This document shows, in pieces, positions 34,524 through 45,165 of a stretch of 64,000 bases of DNA. The notes beneath the pieces are model-generated. The model had not been told where the DNA came from, did no database searches, and saw only the letters and a list, made by a program, of their open reading frames with translations. The stretch comes from Hormiphora californensis. Its lineage: Eukaryota; Animalia; Ctenophora. The stretch lies in contig CM035352.1 in assembly GCA_020137815.1 (NCBI GenBank), positions 8,556,001 through 8,620,000 on the forward strand, given 5' to 3'. Every line of letters starts with the position of its first letter. Positions within the stretch are counted from its first letter, which is position 1. Position numbers and translations under genes: made by a program.

Positions 34524-37500
34524 ATGGCACAGACCTTCCACCAAGAATACATGGCGGTACCTGCTGTTACCAGGACCTACACCACTGCATGTGTGCTCAC
34601 CACCATAGCAGTTCAACTGGACATCCTCTCACCATTTCAGGTATTATTATAGCGGGTCTATAATGGTGTGTGAGAGAAAATGGGGGAGGCGAATATACCG
34701 AGATTAATTTAGCTAATTCCTAATATATTTTCATCAGTTCTCTGCTCTCTCTCATTCATACGTTGCTGCTGCTGTACTGCTACTGGTACATTCTACTTCC
34801 TAGCTACCGTGTGTGTGCACCCTTTACCTGCATCGTGAATCAAACATCTGAATAGCTTGAGAGAGAGAGAGAGAGAATTTGATTGTTAACATAACTTGAT
34901 TTGTCAATCTGTGAATATGACGAAGACACGCTCTGCTTCTAAATCTGACCCTGTATCCAGCCCGATTCTTGAAATCTTTAATGATCCAGAAAGTGTCAAC
35001 ATCAGCTCGATAGAGGATTTGAAGAAACACTTTAACAGCCCTGCTAGTGTTGAGGATGTCCTCCTTGCTCTGTTTTGTATGAGTCGTCAGCAGCGTGAGA
35101 ATGAGATCCATCTTGAGAAGAAAGTAGTCAGTCTTACCACTGAAGTTGAGCGCCTAACTACTGATCTCGAGAAAGTGGAAGACAGGTTGCTTCGTTCCGA
35201 GGCGTATCAGGGAAGGAACACTGTCCTACTTGCTGGTGTACCCGACTCGACCAACGAGACCCAGAAACTGCTAGAGAACAAGGTTGTCACCACCCTCAAG
35301 CTCGCTGACCCTACCATCAGACCGGAACACCTTGGTATCGTACATCGGAACAAGGCCAAGCCTGCTGGTCCCCGGACGGTTACAGTCGTCTTCAACCGTG
35401 CCCGACAGAAAGACAACGTGATGAGGAAACAGGGGAGAAACAAGATGAAGAGGATCAACTGCTCGGAGACCTGCCCACCTACTTGTACTGACCACCGGGG
35501 AGTTGCAGCAATGCACCGACTATCACCAGCCCTGGCCGATCGCAAGAAGGAAATTGAGAATTTACCGAGTGTTGAATGGGTGTGCTTTTCAGGCCACCGT
35601 CTTTTTACAGTGTGCTATGACAAAGACAAAATTAAACACAACGTAATCCGAGCAAGTGATCTTGAAATGGATTAGTTGGCAGTGAATTTCTGTGTGTTAA
35701 GGAATGTGTTTTAATGGAATGTGCGTGAGAAATCTTCTTTACCTCCTGCACACATTTGTTCTTAAACTTGCTGTTAATTTCCCCATTTTACCCCCTTTAC
35801 CTGTTTCTATACCCTTGTTTTACCTATTCTACTTGTTTGACCCCTCTATCCCTTTTTAACCCCACTAACAATCTTTCTCTCTCTCTCCATTACTGCATGT
35901 CTGTTATGTTTTCATCGTGTGCTGACGTGGAGGTCTGGGCTGTGGTGGTGCTCCTGTGGCGATCTACTATCTTGAGGCTGGTGGGTGTGTCTGTCTCTTA
36001 CTATGTATCAGGTATTTCAATGGCCCTTCTAGTTATCTCGAACCCCTCTATTGTAAATCCTGGTCCTAGAAAACTCAAAGTTATCTTTGCCAATGTTCAG
36101 GGGTTGGTTAGTCCTGGTCATGTTGGATCAGCTGACCCTCCCTTGAATATGACCAAGGTCTATGAAATACAGGACTATGTTTACAGAAATGATATTGATA
36201 TAGTTATTTTTAATGAGACGTGGCTAAAATCTAAAATTGATTCTTCCCTAGTTTTCCCCCGTAACTATAAAGTTTTCCGTCAAGATAGAACTGGGTACAC
36301 ACACCCCCGTGACCCCAATAACCCTCTTAAGTTTAGGGGAAATGGGGGTGGAGTACTTATAGCCCATCGTGAGAATATTGATGTTACCAGTGTTCGTTTC
36401 TCGGGTGTTAGAGCTAGAGCCGAGTTATTAACTATCTCCCTTTCTTTCTCTTCTGGGAAGAAACTATGTGTTTCGACTTTCTACAGAGTCGGAAATTTGA
36501 GTGAGGATAATTTTCTTCAGTTTAAAGAACATTTTAATGCTATTTTCTCTCGTCGTAATGTTTGCAAGCATGTACTTGTTGGAGATCTAAACTTTCCCGG
36601 TGTAGATTGGCCTCTGTCCTATCCCCGCACCGGGATTGAAGACATTTTTCTGCGGTACCTGCTAGATGACTTGGGGCATAGTCAAATGATTAATACCCCC
36701 ACACATATTGGTGGACGTATTTTAGATCTCTGTTTTACAAATGATCCTGAGTGTGTAAATAATTTTGATATTCTTGATTCTGATGTGCTATGTTCGAGTG
36801 ACCACTTTCCTTTTACTTTCAATATTAACATGGACGTGAAAAATGTGAAAGAGGACCGACGTAAAGTGTTACTATTTGATAAGGGTGATTTTGAGAGTAT
36901 ATGTGCTGACTTGAGTGCCATTAACTGGACTAATGTTTTTACTGGTGACATGGAGTATAATGTTTCTGTTTTTAATTCCATCATCACTTCACTCATTGAG
37001 AAGTATATCCCCACTAAACTTGTTAAAAATATTGTCCTTCCCATTTGGTGGAGTAGCGAGTGTGAGAATGCCAGAACTAGAAAAGAGAATCTGCGTAAGC
37101 GTTATAAGAGTTCGGGTCTGAAATCTGATTATGACAATTTTAGTGCTGCTCGTTCTTATTTTAAAAATGTTTGTGATTCTAGAAGTAGAAATTGTCTTGA
37201 TATTGATGATACTGATAACATTAGTAAGAAGTTTTGGAGACAGGTGAAGGTAAACTCCAAATCTACTCGGATACCCAACATTGTTAATGATGGTGTGGTG
37301 TTCAAGTCAGATTCGGAGGGACAAGCTAACTTGTTCAACCAGCACTTTGTTTCTAATTTCTCTAGTCCTAGTAACTACAATATTGAGGAGACTGTTGAAA
37401 ACATTTTTGATGCTGGGGATTTAGCCTCTTATGAATTCAGTGGAAGTGAGATACACTCCGTTCTATCTGCCCTGAATGCTCGTAAGGGGCCTGGCCCTGA

Positions 37501-40500
37501 TGGTATCCATAGCATTGTATTTAAAAAGTGTGCTGGTGTACTTGCATATCCCCTATCCCTGCTCTATAACCAGGCCTACTTCACTAGTGACCTCCCGTCC
37601 ATCTGGAGATCCGCTAATGTAGTACCAGTCCACAAGTCAGGCGATAAAAGAGATGTCAGAAACTACAGACCTATTTCTCTTACTTGTATAGCTATGAAAG
37701 TTTTTGAGAGAATGATGAGTAACCGACTTCTTGACCTCTGTTTTGACAAGATTGATCGACGACAGCACGGTTTTCTCCCTGGGAGATCTTGTCTAAGTCA
37801 GATGATTTCTTTCACGGACACCCTCTTCCAGACTGATAACAACCGACTGACAACTGACATTATATATACCGATTACAAGAAAGCATTTGATAGTGTCAGT
37901 CATGATATCATCTTGGAGAAGCTTACATCCAAATTTGGTATCACGGGTAAATTATTGGGTCTTATTCGTGTTTATCTTATGGGCCGTACCCAAAGAGTTG
38001 CTGTTGGAGGTAGTCTCTCATCCCCCCTGGCTGTTGCTAGTGGGGTACCACAGGGGAGTATTATCGGTCCCCTCTTGTTTGTTCTGTTTATGAATGACGT
38101 GTATGACTGTCTCGAAGGTGATTGTGAGTGTCTTGTTTATGCTGATGATGTCAAGCTCTTTAATAAAATCACTAGTTTTAGAGATCACTTAGACCTACAA
38201 CTCAGTATTGATAACTTGTATCGATGGTCAGTTGATAATAAGATGACTCTACACCCCCTTAAATGTAAAGTAGTTTCTATTTGTTCTTCTCGTTGTGTGC
38301 AAACCTTGGGTCAACTTCCTTTCTTTTATATGAACTATACATTGAATGGAGTTGATCTTATTGGTGTTGACTCTCAGAGAGATTTGGGTGTTTTTGTGTC
38401 ACAAGATTTGTCATGGAAATATCATATAGACTTTATACTTCAGCAGTTCACTGACCGTTTCAACATGCTTCGTAGAACTGTTCACTTCATTAAGAACATT
38501 CACCAGAGACGTATACTGTACCTCTCTCTTGTTAGGTCCCTTCTTGAGCACTGTTCCCAGGTTTGGGCCCCCACTCAGGTGGGTCTCCGTGTAAAGCTTG
38601 AGGCAGCTCAGAAGAGGGCCATCAAGTGGGTGTATGGCGTCAATCCCATTGTGAGTTGGAGTGAGGAAATATATTATCTTAACTTATCCAACATTAGTAT
38701 TCTCCCTATTCACCTTCACTTTCTCTTTAATGATCTCAAGCTGTTCTACAAAGTTATTTCGGGTATTATAAATCTTGATCTTCCCCCTTATCTCTTTCTT
38801 AAGAGCCCTACTGACATCTCTTACCGAACCCGGGCTAACCGTGACATAATTGACCTTGTCGATTTCACCACGGTTGGCTGTACTGTTCAACCTCTGAGCT
38901 CTGCCTTTAGAAACAGCTTTTTTGTCAGAACTTACCCTAAATGGAATGAACTCCCAGTCGAAATCAGACAATCATCTTCCCTTGATATTTTCTCGATTGG
39001 ACTGAAGACCCGCCTATTTAAATCTATTACACCCCCTGCTCCCCCTTAACTTTCCCAGCTACTGCAGACACACCACTCCAGCTCTCCTGCCTCGGACGCC
39101 GCCATTAGACCACCTCCCTCCTCTTCAGCGCACCGTTATCTTCTTCTACCAGCATGCAGTGAAGGGTTGAGAGTTGAGAACTGTTTTTATAGGTTTAATT
39201 AAGAACAATTTTTAATATATATTTTTACTCTGGGTGCCACCTGTTATAGTGGACTGACTCCATGTTGGTGGAGCCCGGGACGTGCGGCTTTATTTATTGA
39301 CATTTATTTATTGTATATAACGTTCTAATTTTTCCATGATAAAAATATATCCCCCAATACACAGCTAACAATATTGTTTCAGTTGTATTTCAATCACTCG
39401 CTTATCTTGAAGAAATACCAGCTGTGGAGACTCTTTACCAACTTTACCTTTTTCGGGACGATAGGATTCAACTTCATATTTAATATGATATTCACCTATC
39501 GCTACTGTCGGATGCTGGAAGAGGGTTCTTTCAGAGGGAGAACAGGTAATAAGTGTGATATTGTATACAGGGTGTTCATGTGGGATACAGGGTGTTCATG
39601 AAGGATCTTTAATGAACACCCTGTATGATACTCTCGTTACCTTTCCAAAACGTACTGACAGAAGAGCCAAATTACTTACTAACGACTCTCCCCTTCTCTA
39701 AGCCGATTTATAACTCTCCCCTTCTCTCTCAGCGGATTTCATTATGATGTTCCTGTTTGGTGGGGTAATCATGACAATAATTGCATGTTTTGTCAACATG
39801 GTATTTCTTGGGCAAGCCTTCACGATCATGTTGGTCTATGTGTGGAGTAAGAGGAATAGGAACGTCAGAATGAACTTCTTTGGCATGCTCAACTTCAACG
39901 CTGACTATCTCCCCTGGGTAATTTTATACATTTCATATCAGTTTGTTATTAATAGTTGTTTTGTTCAAACTCTTTTATAACAGTCTAACTTGGCAAATTA
40001 ATAGCAATCAAACAACTAAATTTAAACAACCCTGAGATTATCTCAGTGAGATATTATCGGTTTGTTATTGTTACATTTGACCAGTTTGCTATTTTGTTGT
40101 TTCCATTGTTCACACCAGTTGTGTGGATATGATACACTACCCCACCAGTCTCTACATGTCACCTTGTTCAAACAAGTTTGTCATTTTACGTGATTTACAC
40201 TGGAAATAGCTTTTACATGCATTATCGATATATTGTCCATCAGTCTGACTCTAAACTCTAAATGCATGATGATCACATATTCTCTCTTCTGTTTAATCTC
40301 TCTCAAATGTTTTCTCAGTATTATATCTCTATGTATCTCCATTCCTCCTTTCTCCCTTCCCATTCACGCCAGTAAGCTTGTGACAATCCCTCTCTCTGTG
40401 TTGAGGGAGAGAGAGCCTCACTTGTAATAAGAGAGTCAGACTCTTTAACACACCTGTGTATTGTTGGCGTGATTCCAACAACAAGGCCACCTGTTTGTTG

Positions 40501-41382
40501 CTATCCTCCCTTCCTAACAAGTTTCACTCCACCTTATATTAGTTCATGCCATAGTCCCCAGTCCCGGGACGTTCCCTCCCCGGGTATATAATCCTAAAAG
40601 CTATAATATGGTACTCTTGTGTCTGTATGTGGTCGGCAGAGCTCGACCTCAATATTCCTCAATCTTTGTCCTCACACCTCTTGTGTATCGGGTCACTGTT
40701 GTTTAGTGTGCAGCTGTTGTTGTTATTTGTTCCCAGTTTTCAGCAACCAATATATATTTCTTGCTCGGTCACGAAATTACCCCTCCGGGCGAGCCCCTCA
40801 ACTGAAATGGGTGACTTTGTAACCCCAATATATATTTCTTGCTCTCTCTCTCAGGTGTTGTTTGGGTTCTCTCTCCTGCTCGACAACTCGGTCCTAGTTG
40901 ATCTAATGGGGATTACAGTGGGACACATCTACTACTACCTAGAGGATGTTCTACCCAGGATCCAGGTAGGAGAATTAGAAGGGCCTCTTTTATATGTCGA
41001 ACAAAGCAAAATGGGCCGGGGCCCGGGGGTATTTTTTGCCTCGCCGCTAGTCGTTACTGTTTCATAACATTCCTGCACATACCATTCCTGCACCTTATAT
41101 CCATCTCTCTAATTCCTCTTATCCATCTAATTCCCCTGATCCATCCATCTATCTAATTCCTCTCTTATCCATATAATTCCTCTAATCCATATCTCTGCAC
41201 AGGGAGGAATGAAGGTGTTGCGAACACCCCGGCTCCTGAAACTAATGTTTGATGAGGCGAGTGAGGAATACGAGGTTGTGGCCGATGAAACAGCACCTCA
41301 ACCAGGTGGTTATAACTGGGGTGAGGGCCCCCAACAACCACAACAACCCGCCCCCGCTCAGGAAGGGGATGGAGAGGAGTAG
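34524..41382 (+). CDS. DERL2: Derlin-2/3 (exons 34524-34640, ~39382-39545, ~39733-39916, ~40855-40965, ~41203-41382)
   Basis: Spliced: [27 protein letters not shown]...SPFQ/LYFN...QLWRLFTNF...[19 protein letters not shown]...VYVWSKRN...YLPW/VL...[18 protein letters not shown]...PGGYNWGEG. Confidence 0.93.
34917..35675 (+). CDS. LINE ORF1p (coiled coil + RRM-like domain)
   Basis: Heptad-rich [26 protein letters not shown] followed by [16 protein letters not shown]...IVHR...TVTVVF. Confidence 0.8.
   Translation: MTKTRSASKSDPVSSPILEIFNDPESVNISSIEDLKKHFNSPASVEDVLLALFCMSRQQRENEIHLEKKVVSLTTEVERLTTDLEKVEDRLLRSEAYQGRNTVLLAGVPDSTNETQKLLENKVVTTLKLADPTIRPEHLGIVHRNKAKPAGPRTVTVVFNRARQKDNVMRKQGRNKMKRINCSETCPPTCTDHRGVAAMHRLSPALADRKKEIENLPSVEWVCFSGHRLFTVCYDKDKIKHNVIRASDLEMD
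35897..39049 (+). CDS. LINE ORF2p (APE + RT) with hydrophobic N-terminal leader ending in NPGP; start codon uncertain
   Basis: [46 protein letters not shown] and YADD motifs; no internal stops. Confidence 0.95.
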   Translation: MSVMFSSCADVEVWAVVVLLWRSTILRLVGVSVSYYVSGISMALLVISNPSIVNPGPRKLKVIFANVQGLVSPGHVGSADPPLNMTKVYEIQDYVYRNDIDIVIFNETWLKSKIDSSLVFPRNYKVFRQDRTGYTHPRDPNNPLKFRGNGGGVLIAHRENIDVTSVRFSGVRARAELLTISLSFSSGKKLCVSTFYRVGNLSEDNFLQFKEHFNAIFSRRNVCKHVLVGDLNFPGVDWPLSYPRTGIEDIFLRYLLDDLGHSQMINTPTHIGGRILDLCFTNDPECVNNFDILDSDVLCSSDHFPFTFNINMDVKNVKEDRRKVLLFDKGDFESICADLSAINWTNVFTGDMEYNVSVFNSIITSLIEKYIPTKLVKNIVLPIWWSSECENARTRKENLRKRYKSSGLKSDYDNFSAARSYFKNVCDSRSRNCLDIDDTDNISKKFWRQVKVNSKSTRIPNIVNDGVVFKSDSEGQANLFNQHFVSNFSSPSNYNIEETVENIFDAGDLASYEFSGSEIHSVLSALNARKGPGPDGIHSIVFKKCAGVLAYPLSLLYNQAYFTSDLPSIWRSANVVPVHKSGDKRDVRNYRPISLTCIAMKVFERMMSNRLLDLCFDKIDRRQHGFLPGRSCLSQMISFTDTLFQTDNNRLTTDIIYTDYKKAFDSVSHDIILEKLTSKFGITGKLLGLIRVYLMGRTQRVAVGGSLSSPLAVASGVPQGSIIGPLLFVLFMNDVYDCLEGDCECLVYADDVKLFNKITSFRDHLDLQLSIDNLYRWSVDNKMTLHPLKCKVVSICSSRCVQTLGQLPFFYMNYTLNGVDLIGVDSQRDLGVFVSQDLSWKYHIDFILQQFTDRFNMLRRTVHFIKNIHQRRILYLSLVRSLLEHCSQVWAPTQVGLRVKLEAAQKRAIKWVYGVNPIVSWSEEIYYLNLSNISILPIHLHFLFNDLKLFYKVISGIINLDLPPYLFLKSPTDISYRTRANRDIIDLVDFTTVGCTVQPLSSAFRNSFFVRTYPKWNELPVEIRQSSSLDIFSIGLKTRLFKSITPPAPP

Positions 41383-41509
41383 AGTGTGTGAGAGAGGTGT
41401 GAGGAGAAACAGAACAGGGTTTAGCAGGGTGGTAATGTATTAGTGAATTGTGTCTGTCTGTGGTTCAATGTGCCAGGGGTGTTCTTAGCGCTGTACAATG
41501 ATAATACAG

Positions 41510-41628
41510 TAACGGGTTGCAACTAAAAATTGTCCCTAATTCCAATTGGCTGTAGAATTTTTCCCTTTTGAGGTACAGCTTTGAGCCAGTTCCACAGCCG
41601 TTTAATAATTTTTAGTTGCCACTCGTTA
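41510..41628. mobile_element. Small MITE between Derlin and the NuiA-like gene
   Basis: TAACGGGTTGCAACTAAAAATT ... AATTTTTAGTTGCCACTCGTTA. Confidence 0.7.
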
Positions 41629-41805
41629 TACAATGTTGAAGCAAGTGGTTATCATGTATAAAATATTATTTTGACTAATTTGATAATTTCAGGGTTGCAT
41701 GCTGACTATGCATTTTACAAAAACTGCCATTCTTTTTACCGTACAATTAACTAATTAATTAATTAATTAATTAACAAACCTTCCTTCTCTGTTCTAGCTT
41801 CCATC

Positions 41806-43475
41806 ATGTACGGTTCCCTTATTATGCGGACCCTTTCCCGGTCCCTAATCCCCTCCTCTGCTCGACTTCTAACTACGGGTGTTCCCCCTACTTCCTTCAA
41901 CCCGGAGACCTACCTCCGGTTCCCCCAGTTTCTCCACGAGATAAATACAAACCTGACCTCGTCTGAACGGAACAAGGGGAGGCTGGTGTACTCTAACAAG
42001 TGTGTCACTGTAGAGGGTGAGGCTCAGGAGACTATGGATGCACTAACGGAGGGAGATAGGGCTGATTTGAAACAGCTCAGTGTGGCATGTAAAGGACTGT
42101 TCTGGCAGAGCGAGATAGACTACACCTGTGTGCCCTGTGTGTTTGTGATGGAGGGAGAGTTTACGGGTGAGAAGTTCCTCACGTCAATCGGCCTACCAAA
42201 ACTATCAGTCAGCGTGGAAACACTTTCCGGTGGTAAGTGTTGAGAATAATACCGCGCGAATTGTCGTATATAACATGGCGGGATGGTGGTAAGTGTTGAG
42301 AATAATATCGCGTGAATTGTCACAATACACATGGCGGGATGGTGGTAAGTGTTGAGAATAATATCGCGCGAATTGTGTCAATTCAACATGGCGGGATGGT
42401 GGTAAGTGTTGAGAATAATATCGCGCTAATTGTCATATATAACATGGCGGGATGGCCGAGTGTTGAGAATAATATGGCGCGAATTGTGCTAATACACATG
42501 GCGGGATGGTGGTAAGTGTTGAGAATAATATCCCGCGAATTGTCGTATATAACATGGCGGGATGGTGGTAAGTGTTGAGAATAATATCGCGCGAATTGTC
42601 ACATTTAACATGGCGGGATGGTGGTAAGTATTGAGAATAATATCGCGTGAATTGTCACATTTAACATGGCGGGATGGTGGTAAGTATTGAGAATAATATC
42701 GCGTGAATTGTCGCATTATACATGGCGGGATGGTGGTAAGTGTTGAGAATAATATCGCGTGAATTGTCACATATAACATGGCGGGATGGTGGTAAGTATT
42801 GAGAATAATATCGCGTGAATTGTCACATTTAACATGGCGGGATGGTGGTAAGTGTTGAGAATAATATCTCGCGAATTGTCACATTTAACATGGCGGGATG
42901 GTGGTAAGTGTTGAGAATAATATCGCGTGAATTGTGCTAATACAACATGGCGGGATGGCCGAGCGGTCTAAGGCGCTGGTTTTAGGCACCAGTCCTCCGG
43001 GGCGTGGGTTCGAATCCCACTTCCGTCAATTTTTTGTTTTGTTTCTCAACATTTTCCAATAATTTATCCCGTATAATTTATTAAATATTTTATTTTAAGG
43101 CCGAAATCCCCTTCCCAACTTTTTCTTTTCCCTCAGAGTATTTACAGAAGTTGCCCATTATTAGCTACCAAGGAGAAGATGCCATGAATGTTTACAGGGC
43201 TCCACTTGATATCATTGTGAAGACCGTGGGAAAATTCGACCAGGTAAAATAATTTCCAGAGAATTTTATTGTCCATTTCTTCCTGGGTGAGACGCAGAAG
43301 TTCACGCTAAACATTCACACCTCTTTATCACACCTTTATCACACATCTCTTTACTCTACAGGTATTCCATGTGACTGTGGGAGAGGGAACCATCAATCCT
43401 GTCCTCCAATTCTTTGTCGCCAAAACGGCCAACGATAAAGTTCTTGGATTTATGTCTGCTTCCGTGAATGAGTAG
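41806..43475 (+). CDS. Putative mitochondria-targeted NuiA-like (nuclease A inhibitor) protein, 215 aa; exons 41806-42232, 43137-43243, 43362-43475
   Basis: GT-AG exons splice in phase (427+107+114 nt). The N-terminus is Arg/Ser/Leu-rich and lacks acidic residues. The C-terminal ~135 aa resemble NuiA: LKQLSVACKGLFWQSEIDY ... FFVAKTANDKVLGFMSASVNE*. Confidence 0.7.
42229..42958 (+). repeat. 13-copy tandem array of a ~56-bp unit (GGTAAGTGTTGAGAATAATATCGCGTGAATTGTCACATTTAACATGGCGGGATGGT)
   Basis: Units start at about 42232, 42288, 42344, 42401, 42456 (variant), 42511, 42567, 42623, 42679, 42735, 42791, 42847 and 42903. Confidence 0.95.
42949..43028 (+). tRNA. tRNA-Leu(UAG), intronic
   Basis: Acceptor stem GGCGGGA/TTCCGTC, D-arm GCCGAGCGGTCTAAGGC, anticodon arm CTGGT-TTTAGGC-ACCAG, long variable arm, T-arm GTGGG-TTCGAAT-CCCAC, followed by an oligo-T Pol III terminator. 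Confidence 0.95.
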
Positions 43476-43862
43476 ATCTACCCCGAGACAAGAAAGAGAG
43501 AGACATTCATCTTCAGCAGATTCATGCTGTTTTCTCATGTGGGGATTTCTTACTAGAACTCTAGTAAACTATAAGAGAGAGAGAGGGCCCGGGGGAGAAA
43601 AGGATTATATATTCCACATCTCTCCCCCTATTCCCGGAGCTAGTAATTAGCTCGATTTAGACACTACATTATTCGTTACACAGCAGTCTACCGATTGGGA
43701 AGGGTTATAACACCCCCTCCCCATATACAACTACTGAGTAGAGCTGTGTCAACATGAAACGATCAGTTGATATGTAAGGCGTTTAAGCTGGTCGTGTTAA
43801 AATCTGGAAAGAGATTTGTCAAAAATAACAAAAAATATCTTAATTCTTATTTAAATATTTAA

Positions 43863-45165
43863 GGGTACACCTGGCATTTTTCATCATCGAGTGCCCAACC
43901 AAATGACTTCACCAGGGTTTAGTTCATACAAAATGGACCTCAAATATGCAATTTTAGCCCTAAAGTCGAATTCATATTTTTGCTACAGCCTATTTTCAAA
44001 GTGGCGTTTTTTCAATTTTTGTCGGAATTTTTAACCTCAGGACCACTTTTTTTGAGATAGAAACATTAAATTCTTGGAATTTGAAGAGAATATAAAGGTG
44101 AATAAGCCCAAAGAAGGATTTTTGAAATGGAGCTTATTTCTGGCCATGAGAACGGTTTACTTTTTTGTTTCTTTGACACGCTGGCTGAGAATGTTCCCAT
44201 GCTTCATTAGAGATGAAAATCTGGAAATAGTTGCTCAAAACGATTATCTATGTGGCCCAAAAATTTTGGAACTTTTCCGCCAAAGATGTGGTGTATAGAG
44301 CTTGTTTTGTGAAACCCGTCATTTTGAAAAAGAGGGAAAATCCCTGTATCTCAAAAACAGATAATTGTAGAGACCTGCGACCAAGCTTAATCGATTCAGA
44401 AGGTCCGATTTTGGGGGGGTCTTCTGAGAGACATTTTGCTCCTACTCCAACCGTTTTTGCTGTAATTGCGAAAAAGGTATCAGCAAGTAAGGGGGAAATC
44501 AGCCCGAAGCAGGCTACTGGAATAGAGTTGTTCCCCCTTTTCATAGAATTGGTTTTTTGCAATTACAGCAAAAACGGTTGGAGTAGGAGCAAAATGTCTC
44601 TCAGAAGACCCCCCCAAAATCGGACCTTCTGAATCGATTAAGCTTGGTCGCAGGTCTCTACGATCATCCGTTTTTGAGATACAGGGAATTTCCCTCTTTT
44701 TCAAAAAGACGGGTTTCACAAAACAAGCTCTGTATACCACATCTTTGGCGGGAAAGTTCCAAAATTTTTGGGCCACATAGATAATCGTTTTGAGCAACTA
44801 TTTCCAGATTTTCATCTCTAATGAAGCATGGGAACATTCTCAGCCAGCGTGTCAAAGAAACAAAAAAGTAAACCGTTCTCATGGCCAGAAATAAGCTCCA
44901 TTTCAAAAATCCTTCTTTGGGCTTATTCACCTTTATATTCTCTTCAAATTCCAAGAATTTAATGTTTCTATCTCAAAAAAAGTGGTCCTGAGGTTAAAAA
45001 TTCCGACAAAAATTGAAAAAACGCCACTTTGAAAATAGGCTGTAGCAAAAATATGAATTCGACTTTAGGGCTAAAATTGCATATTTGAGGTCAATTTTGT
45101 ATGAACTAAACCCTGGTGAAGTCATTTGGTTGGGCACTCGATGATGAAAAACGCCAGGTGTACCC
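43863..45165. mobile_element. Second Kolobok-like foldback element (TTAA TSD), related to 22436-23825
   Basis: TTAA|GGGTACACCTGGC ... GCCAGGTGTACCC|TTAA; arms of about 610 bp; shares the GATTCAGAAGGTCCGATTTTGGGGGGGTCTTCTGAGAGAC block. Confidence 0.87.

Larger units (their letters stand above)
34729..39343 (+). mobile_element. Full-length CR1/L2-group LINE inserted in sense orientation in Derlin intron 1
   Basis: ORF1 plus intact ORF2; 3' stem-loop GGGTGCCACC...GGTGGAGCCC; candidate 7-bp TSD AATATAT at 34722-34728 and 39344-39350. Confidence 0.9.

Noticed and set aside
42229-42958. CRISPR-like array
   Set aside because: Units are contiguous with only a few variable bases and no unique spacers; eukaryotic context with no cas genes; the unit is explained as splice donor plus tRNA flank.
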